64,000 nt of DNA from Clostridia bacterium (GTDB taxonomy: Bacteria; Bacillota; Clostridia; Oscillospirales; Acutalibacteraceae): NCBI GenBank assembly GCA_044426265.1, contig JAWXUR010000003.1, positions 714-64,713 of the forward strand, read 5' to 3'. The notes beneath the pieces are model-generated. The model was given only the letters and a program-made list of their open reading frames with translations. It ran no database searches and was not told the origin of the DNA. Positions 31,171 to 39,588 of the stretch are shown piece by piece (the first letter of the stretch is position 1; the number at the start of each line of letters is the position of its first letter). The translations under genes and the position numbers were made by a program.

Positions 31171-33810
31171 TTAGCCTATCATTGTTTTGATAATCTCTGC
31201 CGCTTGCTCCAACGCCGCTGGAATCTTCGCAACATCCTTAGCTCCAGCCATAGCACTATCAGGTTTACCACCACCAGAACCACCAGCAAGCTGAGCAACT
31301 CCCTTAGCAATAAGTCCTGCCTTAGCACCTTTAGCAATAGCCTCTTTACCACAACAAACACCAATATTACCGCTACATTTTTCCTTTTGAACGCCGCCGA
31401 TAACACCAATATAATTTTCACCCTTATCACGAATCATGCTCATCATTTGGCGAATCTCATCAACTGTTGTATCTTCAAGCATAGTAGTAACAAGCATCAA
31501 ACCATCAATCTCAACAGCAGAATTTAACAGTGAACTAATTTTAATATTAGCAAGTTCAGTAGACTTTTTCTCGAGTTCTTTCTCTTTAAGTTTAAGAGTG
31601 TCAACAACAGCCTTAGTTTTCACAACAACGTCATTAACATTAGAAATCTTAAGCGCATCTGCAACTGAATTAATAACTCCCAATTTTTGGTTAACAAAGT
31701 TCAAGAAGTTTTTGCCTGTCACAGCCTCAATTCTTCTAACACCAGCTGCTACTGAACTCTCTGAAACGATTTTAAACAAACCAATTTCTCCAGCATTTGC
31801 AACGTGAGTACCGCCACAAAGTTCAACAGAAAAATCGCCAATTTTAACAACTCTTACAACGTCACCATATTTTTCGCCAAACAATGCCATTGCGCCCATT
31901 TCACGAGCTTTGTCGATAGGCATTTCCTCACTTTGTACGCTCAAAGCACCCAAGATGATTTCATTTACTCGAGTTTCAACCATTGCAATTTCCTCTGCTG
32001 TCATTGCAGAAAAATGCACGAAGTCAAAACGAGTGGTTTTTTCATCAACCAACTGACCAGCTTGCTCAACATGAGAGCCGAGAACTTCTCTAAGCGCTGC
32101 TTGCAAAAGGTGAGCTGCTGTGTGGTTTTTCTTAATATTTTGGTGTTTTTCGTCGTCCACTTTTGCGCTCACTTCATCGCCAACGCTCAAAATGTCACCG
32201 CTCACAAGCGAACCTGAATGCAAATAAATGCCGTCAGCTGTTTTTGTTGTACTATCAACCTTAAACACTGCTTTGTCAGTTTCGATTACACCGCTATCGC
32301 CCACTTGACCGCCACTAAGTGCATAAAATGGGGTTTTATCTAAGATGATAGTTGCTTTTTGCTCAGCTGTCACAAAGTCTTTTCTTTCATCGTCAGCCAC
32401 AACGGCTAAGATTTTTGCGTGAGCTGAAAGCTCACTGTACCCCAAGAAATCAGTTGAGTCAAGACCTTTTGTTGCTGTGCCTTTGTTTTTCCAAGCGTCA
32501 GCGCCAGCATCTTTTCGAGCGTTTCGAGTGCGCTCTCTGTTTTCTTTCACGATGCGTGCAAACTCTTCTTCGTCAACGCTCAAGCCTTTTTCTGCGAGGA
32601 TTTCTTTAGTTAAATCGATTGGGAAACCGAAAGTATCTTGAAGTTTGAATGCGTCTGCACCTGAAAGAATTTTGCCATCGAGATTTTCGATAACTTCACT
32701 CAAAAGGCGAAGCCCGTTATCAACTGTTTTTGCGAAACTTTCTTCTTCACTTTTGATGATTTTGATGATTAAATCTTTTTTCTCTAAGAGGTTAGGATAT
32801 GCGTTCTTGTTTTCCTCGATAACTGTTTCACACACTTTATAAAGGAAAGTTTCATTCACACCTAAGAGCTTACCATGACGAGCGGCACGACGAAGAAGGC
32901 GGCGAAGAACATAGCCACGACCCTCATTTGATGGAATAACACCATCGCTGATCATGAATGTCGTGCTGCGAATATGGTCGGTGATAACACGAAGTGAGAT
33001 GTCGTTTTTCTCATCGTCATGATAGTTAACTTTTGCGATATCGATAACGTGTTTCATGATTTTTTGAACTGTGTCAACTTCAAAAAGATTGTCGACACCT
33101 TGCATGATGCAAGCAAGTCTTTCAAGTCCCATACCTGTATCAATATTACAGTTTTTGAGGTGGTCATATTTACCTTTGCCATCACTTTCAAATTGAGTGA
33201 AAACTAAGTTCCAAAACTCTGTGTATCTGTCGCAGTCACAGCCTGGAGCACAGTCTGGTGAGCCGCAGCCGTACTTTTCGCCACGATCGAAGTGAAGTTC
33301 TGAACATGGTCCACAAGGGCCAGCACCGTGTTCCCAGAAGTTATCTTCTTTACCAAGACGTTTCATGCGATTTTCAGCCACACCGATGTGTTTTGTCCAC
33401 ATATCATAAGCTTCATCATCTTCAAGGTACACAGTAACCCAAATTTTATCGATTGGCATTTGCATAGTTTTTGTACAAAACTCCCATGCCCACTCGATAG
33501 CTTCTTTTTTGAAATAATCGCCAAAAGAGAAATTGCCGAGCATTTCGAAATATGTGCCGTGACGAGCGGTGATGCCCACACGTTCAATGTCAGGTGTACG
33601 GATACATTTTTGACAAGTTGTCATGCGATTTTTTGGCGGAGTAAGCTCTCCGGTGAAATATTTTTTTAAAGGCGCCATACCAGCGTTGATGAGTAGTAAG
33701 CTTTTATCTCCTTGTGGTACGAGTGAGAAGCTTTCTGCTTTGAGGTGGTCTTTGCTTTGAAAGAAGTTGAGGTATTGTTCACGGATTTCGTTTAGTGATG
33801 TCCATTGCAT
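31171..33810 (-). CDS. alaS: Alanine--tRNA ligase
   Basis: 879 aa. Class II core (RHGTYFEMLGNFSFGDYFK), editing-domain HxxxH (HTAAHLL) and a C-terminal DHHA1-like region. Confidence 0.96.
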   Translation of the reverse strand: MQWTSLNEIREQYLNFFQSKDHLKAESFSLVPQGDKSLLLINAGMAPLKKYFTGELTPPKNRMTTCQKCIRTPDIERVGITARHGTYFEMLGNFSFGDYFKKEAIEWAWEFCTKTMQMPIDKIWVTVYLEDDEAYDMWTKHIGVAENRMKRLGKEDNFWEHGAGPCGPCSELHFDRGEKYGCGSPDCAPGCDCDRYTEFWNLVFTQFESDGKGKYDHLKNCNIDTGMGLERLACIMQGVDNLFEVDTVQKIMKHVIDIAKVNYHDDEKNDISLRVITDHIRSTTFMISDGVIPSNEGRGYVLRRLLRRAARHGKLLGVNETFLYKVCETVIEENKNAYPNLLEKKDLIIKIIKSEEESFAKTVDNGLRLLSEVIENLDGKILSGADAFKLQDTFGFPIDLTKEILAEKGLSVDEEEFARIVKENRERTRNARKDAGADAWKNKGTATKGLDSTDFLGYSELSAHAKILAVVADDERKDFVTAEQKATIILDKTPFYALSGGQVGDSGVIETDKAVFKVDSTTKTADGIYLHSGSLVSGDILSVGDEVSAKVDDEKHQNIKKNHTAAHLLQAALREVLGSHVEQAGQLVDEKTTRFDFVHFSAMTAEEIAMVETRVNEIILGALSVQSEEMPIDKAREMGAMALFGEKYGDVVRVVKIGDFSVELCGGTHVANAGEIGLFKIVSESSVAAGVRRIEAVTGKNFLNFVNQKLGVINSVADALKISNVNDVVVKTKAVVDTLKLKEKELEKKSTELANIKISSLLNSAVEIDGLMLVTTMLEDTTVDEIRQMMSMIRDKGENYIGVIGGVQKEKCSGNIGVCCGKEAIAKGAKAGLIAKGVAQLAGGSGGGKPDSAMAGAKDVAKIPAALEQAAEIIKTMIG

Positions 33811-33887
33811 TATGTTTATTTCCTTTCGGTTTTTATTTTTGTTTTGTAATTAATAATGTTATAATTAATTGAGAAAAAATCATGTAA

Positions 33888-34086
33888 AATTTTACTCAAT
33901 TTTTTTAAAAAATTGCGGTTTCTTAAGGCAGAGCCTTAAGGCGCTCGCCGCAGCGAGCGAAATCTCCTATCGTCAAAAAAATCAGGAGGATAGACAAAAA
34001 TTTGTCCATTGGACAATTTTTTGTCGTAAGGAACCCTATTAAGGGGTTCCTTGATTTTGCCAAAGGCAAAACAATACAGATTTGCC
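33888..34086. repeat. Hairpin-chain element, full copy H1, inside the alaS 5' leader
   Basis: At least six consecutive stem-loops: CAATTTTT/AAAAATTG, CTTAAGGC-AGA-GCCTTAAG, CGCTCGC-CGCA-GCGAGCG, TTTGTCCA/TGGACAA, GGAACCC-TATTAA-GGGGTTCC and TTTTGCC-AAA-GGCAAAA. Collinear with 38392..38597 (inverted) and 40926..41290. Confidence 0.88.
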
Positions 34087-34181
34087 AATACAAAAAAACT
34101 ATAAATAAATATATTTTTGTTTGAATCGTTTTTTTGAAAATTGGTATTAGTGTATAGTTGATTTTCCTAAATCAAGACAAT

Positions 34182-34422
34182 AAAAAAAGCACTTTCCCAC
34201 AATCACAGGGTGAAAACTTGTGTTCCACGGTACCACCTGTGTTGTGCAAAAAGCACCACTCAATTTATCTTTAACGCAGATTTACGGCTAACTTTTCAAT
34301 TGCAACTTAGCTAGTAGCGCCTTAACACACAAACTTTAAAAATTCTTTCAGCCGTGGAATTTTCTCTCTTAAAAGCGAATGTTTTCGGTTCTAGCTTCTT
34401 TGTTTTTATTTTATTAAATTTA
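34182..34422 (-). promoter_or_regulatory. T-box leader (probable Ala specifier) controlling alaS
   Basis: On the minus strand: AGAGAG (GA motif), a candidate specifier GCU followed by a purine (ACGGCUGAAAG; plus-strand 34350..34352), stem III GTGC-TTTTT-GCAC and the T-box core GGTGGTACCGTGG (plus-strand 34225..34237). A weak terminator ends in U7 (plus-strand A run 34182..34188). Confidence 0.72.
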
Positions 34423-34429
34423 CCTTATT

Positions 34430-34459
34430 ATTATACAATTATTATCATAGTTTTGTCAA
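34430..34459 (-). promoter_or_regulatory. Consensus sigma-70 promoter for the alaS T-box leader
   Basis: On the minus strand: TTGACA (34459..34454), 18 nt, TATAAT (34435..34430). Confidence 0.68.
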
Positions 34460-34533
34460 GGTGTTTTTGAGCAAAAATTCAATTGTTTAACGCTATTTTT
34501 GAGTTCAGCTGTGCGAGCATAGCGAGCTGTACG

Positions 34534-34574
34534 AAAAAAAGCAAACTGAAAACGATTTCTCACTTTCAGTTTGC
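34534..34574 (-). terminator. Intrinsic terminator after trxA
   Basis: 11-bp stem GCAAACTGAAA / TTTCAGTTTGC. The plus-strand A7 run gives a U run on the minus strand. Confidence 0.75.
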
Positions 34575-34583
34575 TTTGATTTT

Positions 34584-34898
34584 TTACTTATTTTCGTTGA
34601 TGAACTCTATGATATCTTCTTTTGAATTAAGACCAACTAATCTTTCTTTTTCTTCACCGTCAACATAAAGAATCATGCATGGGATTGACATAACTCCATT
34701 GAGCATTGCAAGTTGTTGTTGCTCGTCGCAGTTAACTTTGCATACGTTTACTTCGCCATCGAGTTCGTCTGCAACTTCTTCGATAACTGGTGAAAGCATC
34801 ATGCAAGGTTGACACCATGGTGCCCAAAAGTCAACAAGGCTCACGCCTTCTGCTGTTATTTTTGCGAATTTTTCTTCGTCAAGTTCAATATAAGACAT
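34584..34898 (-). CDS. trxA: Thioredoxin with non-canonical WCQPC active site
   Basis: 104 aa with FWAPWCQPCMML. RBS GGAGGA. Confidence 0.9.
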   Translation of the reverse strand: MSYIELDEEKFAKITAEGVSLVDFWAPWCQPCMMLSPVIEEVADELDGEVNVCKVNCDEQQQLAMLNGVMSIPCMILYVDGEEKERLVGLNSKEDIIEFINENK

Positions 34899-34991
34899 AA
34901 TAATATCCTCCGTTAATTTATATTTTTTATTTATCTGTAAAAATTGAATTTCAATTAATTACTCTTTGTTTTGTTGTACTATTGTACTATT

Positions 34992-36167
34992 TTACTTTTG
35001 TAAAAGCTTTTTATATGTGTTATCAATCAAAAACGCTCCTATTGGTGCTGTTAATAGTATTGACACCACTGCCACACTTAATACTATCTTTCCACAATCA
35101 AGACCCATTGCAAGAGGTAAACCACCAATTGCGGCTTGAACTGTGGCTTTTGGCATATATGAAATTATGGTGAAAACTCTCTCTTTTTTGTTTAAGTCTG
35201 ATTTTGCAACGCAAACTAAAACGCCCACTGCTCTAAAAATCAAAACAGCAGCTATTAAAGCAATGGCGAAAAGACCTGCTTCGAGGGCATAGCTGATATC
35301 AACAGTTGCGCCAACTAACACGAATAATAAAATTTGAGCCGCTGACCATAGTTTCGAAAATTTTGCGCTTACTCTCGTTGTCATTTCAAGTTTTTTGCCT
35401 CTTAAAGTTAAACCCATTGCCATGATTGCAAGTAGGCCTGAAAAACCGATTGCTCCAGTGAACCAGCTTTCAACTGTGACAAGAATGAATGAAATTGAAA
35501 GCATTAAAATCACTTTTGAAGTGTCTGCCATGTGAATTTTCGAAAAAACGAAACTTAGGGCTAGTCCTATGATAACTCCGCCTAAAATGCCGAAAATTAT
35601 TGAAGTTGGAATAACGAAAAAGCTTGTGTAATCAAGCTCACCAGTTTGAGCGAGGGTTGAAAAAGCTGTGAAAAGCACGATAACAAACACATCATCAACT
35701 GATGCGCCAGCCATGACTAATTGCGGAATTGCTTTTTTCGTACCATATCCCTCATCTTTGAGTTTGAGCATTCTTGGAACAATTACCGCTGGCGAAACTG
35801 CTGCTATAACTGTGCCTAAAACTAGGCTTTCAAGAGTGGTTAAGCCAAAAAATATTGGTGCAAAAATCACTGTGCCCAAAATTTCAAAGCACGCTGGCAC
35901 GAAGCACATTAAAATCGCTGGTCTACCGACTTTTTTGAGTTCTGATAAGTCTAAATTCATTCCAGCTCTTGCCAAAATGATGATTAGGGCGATTTGTCTA
36001 AGCTGAGTTGATATGTCTAAAACGCTTGAATCGAGCAAATTCAGTGCGTATGGTCCGAGCAAAATTCCAGTGAGGATCATTCCAACTAAGCTTGGAAGTT
36101 TGATTAATTCACAAATTTTTCCTAGTGACATTCCAACGATAAAAATTAAGGCTAGTGATAAAAGCAT
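34992..36167 (-). CDS. Cation:proton antiporter (Na+/H+ exchanger family)
   Basis: Polytopic. The N-terminus MLLSLALIFIVGMSLGKICELIKLPSLVGMILTGILLGP is typical of CPA-family exchangers. Start moved to ATG 36167 (RBS AGGAGA), because the track extension to 36308 would read through a repeat. Confidence 0.83.
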   Translation of the reverse strand: MLLSLALIFIVGMSLGKICELIKLPSLVGMILTGILLGPYALNLLDSSVLDISTQLRQIALIIILARAGMNLDLSELKKVGRPAILMCFVPACFEILGTVIFAPIFFGLTTLESLVLGTVIAAVSPAVIVPRMLKLKDEGYGTKKAIPQLVMAGASVDDVFVIVLFTAFSTLAQTGELDYTSFFVIPTSIIFGILGGVIIGLALSFVFSKIHMADTSKVILMLSISFILVTVESWFTGAIGFSGLLAIMAMGLTLRGKKLEMTTRVSAKFSKLWSAAQILLFVLVGATVDISYALEAGLFAIALIAAVLIFRAVGVLVCVAKSDLNKKERVFTIISYMPKATVQAAIGGLPLAMGLDCGKIVLSVAVVSILLTAPIGAFLIDNTYKKLLQK

Positions 36168-36196
36168 GGTTTCTCCTTTAATGAGCGAGCGTAGCT

Positions 36197-36239
36197 GGTC
36201 GTACTTTTTTTGCGGCTTGCCGCAAAAAACTGTACCGCC
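36197..36239. repeat. GTAC-flanked palindrome (member 5)
   Basis: GGTCGTAC-TTTTTTTGCGGC-TT-GCCGCAAAAAA-CTGTACCGCC, preceded by GTAGCT. Confidence 0.85.
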
Positions 36240-36337
36240 CAAACGACAGGCGTTGACAATTTTTATTTTACATAAATAAAGTATATCACAAATGAAAATC
36301 ATTATCAATAAAAATTAGATTATTTGTCATTTTAGCA

Positions 36338-36366
36338 TTGACTTTTTTCCTATTAAAGATTATACT
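36338..36366 (+). promoter_or_regulatory. Sigma-70-type promoter for the MATE transporter gene
   Basis: TTGACT, 17 nt, TATACT. Confidence 0.58.
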
Positions 36367-36420
36367 ACTTAATGTTATAAACGTAACCAATCTATCGTGT
36401 GAAATTTTCGAGGTAAACAA

Positions 36421-37866
36421 ATGAATAAAACTCAATCAAACAAACTTGCAACTGAAAAAATTAGTAAGCTGCTTTTTTCAATGGCTGTGCCTGCAATCAC
36501 GGCGCAAATCATCAACCTGCTTTATAATATTGTTGATAGAATCTATATCGGTCACATCGCTGACATTGGCACTACTGCCCTCACTGGAGTTGGTGTTGTT
36601 ATGCCTATCATTACAATTCTCACCGCTTTTAGCAGCCTTGTTGGCATGGGCGGTGCACCTCAAGCAGCAATTGCAATGGGGCAAGGTAACAACGAAAAAG
36701 CCGAAAAAATTCTTGGCACTTGCGTTAGCACCATCGTCGGAGTTTCGGCGATTTTAACCGCTGTTTTGCTGTTTTTTGGTGAAGAAATTCTTTGGCTTAT
36801 CGGTGCTAGTGAAGACACCATCGGTTATTCAATGCAGTATTTAGGCATCTATTGTGTCGGCACAATCTTCATTCAATTTGTGCTTGCGATTAATCCATTC
36901 ATCACAACTCAAGGCTTTGCATCAATTTCCATGCGTACTACCCTACTTGGTGCTGTGACTAACATCATCTTAGACCCTATTTTTATTTTCGTGTTTGGTT
37001 TAGGAGTTCGTGGTGCGGCAATTGCAACAATTCTTTCGCAGCTTCTTTCAGCAATTTGGGTGCTTAAATTCTTAACAGGCAAAAAGACAATGTTAAAAAT
37101 CAAAAAAACTCATCTTAAAATCGATTTTAAACTTTTACTCGTAATTTTTGCCCTCGGTGTTTCGCCATTTATCATGCAATCAACTGAGAGCATACTCACA
37201 ATTTCGTTTAACACTTCGCTTGGCAAATATGGCGGAGATTTAGCCGTGGGCGCAATGACGATCTTATTTAGCTGTATGCAGCTTGTCACTCTTCCTCTTA
37301 TGGGGCTCACTCAAGGCGCACAGCCAATTGTTAGCTTTAACTATGGCGCTGGAAATATTGACAGGGTGAAAAAAGCGTTTAAAATACTGCTTATATCTTG
37401 CTTTGTGTTCTCATTCACTGTGTGGTCAATCATGATGATCTTCCCACAAGTTTTTGTTGGTCTTTTCTCAAGTGATGATAGCTTAATCACATTAGGTTGT
37501 TGGGCGATTAGAATTTATATGTTTGCAACTGGATTTTTTGGTTTACAAATGGCTTGCCAACAAACTTTCATTGCACTCGGTCAAGCGAAAAGCTCAATCT
37601 TCATCGCTCTTCTTAGAAAAGTTATCATGTTAATTCCACTCATTTATATCTTGCCAAACATCATGACAGATTCAATCGCTAACTTGTTTAACGCAGATGC
37701 AATGTCTAGCTTCGTAAGCGATCCAACTAAGGTTTTTGCTGTGTTTGTGTCCGAACCTATTGCTGACACTATTTCAATTATTGTGACTTTAATTGTGTTT
37801 AGCATCACTTTTAAAAGAATCGTTAAAGAGCTTGAGCAAAGCAAAAAATTAAGCACTGCAAATTAA
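36421..37866 (+). CDS. MATE-family multidrug/efflux transporter
   Basis: 481 aa, about 12 TM. The N-terminus (KLLFSMAVPAITAQIINLLYNIVDRIYIG) is typical of MATE. Confidence 0.88.
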   Translation: MNKTQSNKLATEKISKLLFSMAVPAITAQIINLLYNIVDRIYIGHIADIGTTALTGVGVVMPIITILTAFSSLVGMGGAPQAAIAMGQGNNEKAEKILGTCVSTIVGVSAILTAVLLFFGEEILWLIGASEDTIGYSMQYLGIYCVGTIFIQFVLAINPFITTQGFASISMRTTLLGAVTNIILDPIFIFVFGLGVRGAAIATILSQLLSAIWVLKFLTGKKTMLKIKKTHLKIDFKLLLVIFALGVSPFIMQSTESILTISFNTSLGKYGGDLAVGAMTILFSCMQLVTLPLMGLTQGAQPIVSFNYGAGNIDRVKKAFKILLISCFVFSFTVWSIMMIFPQVFVGLFSSDDSLITLGCWAIRIYMFATGFFGLQMACQQTFIALGQAKSSIFIALLRKVIMLIPLIYILPNIMTDSIANLFNADAMSSFVSDPTKVFAVFVSEPIADTISIIVTLIVFSITFKRIVKELEQSKKLSTAN

Positions 37867-37939
37867 TCAAAAATGTTTATAAAAACTAAAGGTACAAAGC
37901 TAAAAAATGCTTTGTACCTTTTTTGTTATTCACTTTAAA

Positions 37940-38290
37940 TTACAATAGTTCTTCAACCCATTGTTTTGGCTTGAAACCGATTAAAACTTTATCGTCTAAA
38001 ATCAAAAGCGGACGCTTAACAAGCATTCCATCTGTTGCCAAAAGCTCAAATTGTTCTTCATCACTCATGTTTGGCAGCTTATCTTTAAGCCCTAATGACT
38101 TATAAATCAAGCCGCTGGTGTTGAAAAGTCGTTTGAGTGGGAGGTCGGATTTTTGATGAAAGTCTTTTAATTCTTCGATGCTTGGGTTTTCATCTTTGAT
38201 TTCTCGAAAGGTGAAAACTTGATTGTTTTCTTCGAGCCATTTGATTGCGCTTTTGCAAGTTGTGCATTTGCTGTAGCCTATTAAAATCAT
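37940..38290 (-). CDS. ArsC/Spx-family redox protein
   Basis: 116 aa. N-terminal CxxC (SKCTTCKSA) and ArsC-family length and pattern. Confidence 0.8.
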   Translation of the reverse strand: MILIGYSKCTTCKSAIKWLEENNQVFTFREIKDENPSIEELKDFHQKSDLPLKRLFNTSGLIYKSLGLKDKLPNMSDEEQFELLATDGMLVKRPLLILDDKVLIGFKPKQWVEELL

Positions 38291-38391
38291 TGATTTTCTC
38301 CTTATCTTAATGTTTTCATATATTTTTTAATTGTAAATTACTACTTAATCTTGTGTACTAATTAGATTTAGCTTTTGTTTATAGTTTTTGC

Positions 38392-38597
38392 GTAGCGGTG
38401 AGATTGCTTTGTTTTGCCTTCGGCAAAATCAAGAAACCCCCGCCGAGGGTTTCTTACGCAAAAATGTCCACCGGACACTTTTGCTATCTTCCTGCGGTTT
38501 TTTGGCGATAAGGTATTTCGTTCGCTGCGGCGAACGCCCAAAGGCTCTGCCTTTGGAAACCGCAATTTTTCGAGAAAAATTGAGTAAAGCTTTGCTC
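38392..38597. repeat. Hairpin-chain element, full copy H2 (inverted relative to H1)
   Basis: Begins GTAGCGGTGAG. Same module order as H1 but with changed, still-complementary stems: CCAAAGGC-TCT-GCCTTTGG, AGAAACCC...GGGTTTCT and GTTCGC-TGCG-GCGAAC. Ends 24 nt from the stop of the lipid-kinase gene. Confidence 0.88.
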
Positions 38598-38620
38598 ATT
38601 ATATTGCTTTAAAATTCTTC

Positions 38621-39532
38621 TTAATCGAGCATCATGTGACAACCCTTTGGAATAATAAATTTGATTTTGTTTGGCACAATCTCAAATTCAGTTTCATGAG
38701 TGTAAAAACATTCGCCATCAACATTGACAGCAGCTTCCTTTTTCGCCTTAATAACGACTTTTTTGCATCTTTTGATGGTTGTTATTGGCAAATCTTTATG
38801 CTCGCCTTTTTTGTATTTTCCTAAAAGTCCAAGCAGTTTCAACTTGCTCACCTTTTCAATGGTTACAAGGTCGATATAGCCATCATTTGGCAGTGCATCT
38901 GGAGCACCTTTGTAACCACCGCCATACCAGCGAGAGTTTGCACCGAGGCAAAAAAGTAGCTCTTTAGTGTATTCTGGCTCATCGTCAACCTTGATTGTGA
39001 ACTCGTTGCTCATCTTGTTTAAAAGGCAATAAACAGCTGAAAGCTGAAAGGCGGTTTCGCCTGTGATTAATGGGATTTTTTTGAAACGAACTTGATTAGC
39101 GCAAGTTTCTGCGTCCATTCCCATTGAGCATTGGCTGATTGCGTATGTATTATTGCACTTCATCATGTCGAGCACAACGGCTTCGCCTTCGAGTTGATTT
39201 TCAATTTCCAAAAACTTTGTTTTATCGTTAAAAACTCTAACAAAATCATTGCCTGAACCGAGTGGAAAAATTCCTATTTCAGCATTTTCAAACTCAGCTG
39301 CTGCGTTGATTGCTTCAAAAAGTGTGCCGTCACCGCCAAAAGCGTACACTCTCACATGGTCGTCTTTGGCTAAATATTCTTTTAAAAATTTGATTCCGTC
39401 AAGTGGTGCTTTGGTGTAGTAAATCTCATATTCCACACTGTTTTTAGCGCAGTAAGCTTCAATTTCGGCAACTTTTTTCTTCAAGCCATCGCCCTTACCT
39501 GCGCATGGATTAACTAAAAATAAATTTTTCAC
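38621..39532 (-). CDS. Diacylglycerol-kinase-family lipid kinase (YegS/BmrU-like)
   Basis: 303 aa. NPCAGKG and the GGDGT motif. Confidence 0.83.
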   Translation of the reverse strand: MKNLFLVNPCAGKGDGLKKKVAEIEAYCAKNSVEYEIYYTKAPLDGIKFLKEYLAKDDHVRVYAFGGDGTLFEAINAAAEFENAEIGIFPLGSGNDFVRVFNDKTKFLEIENQLEGEAVVLDMMKCNNTYAISQCSMGMDAETCANQVRFKKIPLITGETAFQLSAVYCLLNKMSNEFTIKVDDEPEYTKELLFCLGANSRWYGGGYKGAPDALPNDGYIDLVTIEKVSKLKLLGLLGKYKKGEHKDLPITTIKRCKKVVIKAKKEAAVNVDGECFYTHETEFEIVPNKIKFIIPKGCHMMLD

Positions 39533-39588
39533 TGTTCCTTCTCCTCAAAATATTTTCTTCATTTTTCCCAATATTTTATATTCCCTTA

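Noticed and set aside
31126-31527. 133-aa ORF beginning MLFFFFLFFFYFFFF
   Set aside because: It starts in the T/C-only tract and runs antisense to alaS, so it is a low-complexity artefact.
36168-36308. N-terminal extensions offered by the ORF track, here and at 14050..14070, 15245..15289, 30117..30149, 40705..40746, 47612..47677, 52425..52442 and 58730..58747
   Set aside because: In each case an internal ATG with a proper AGGAGG-type RBS matches the expected family N-terminus. The extension lacks an RBS or reads through a repeat or the upstream gene.
38368-38612. 65-aa and 74-aa ORFs
   Set aside because: Both are contained in hairpin-chain copy H2. The equivalent copies H1 and H3 do not keep these frames open.
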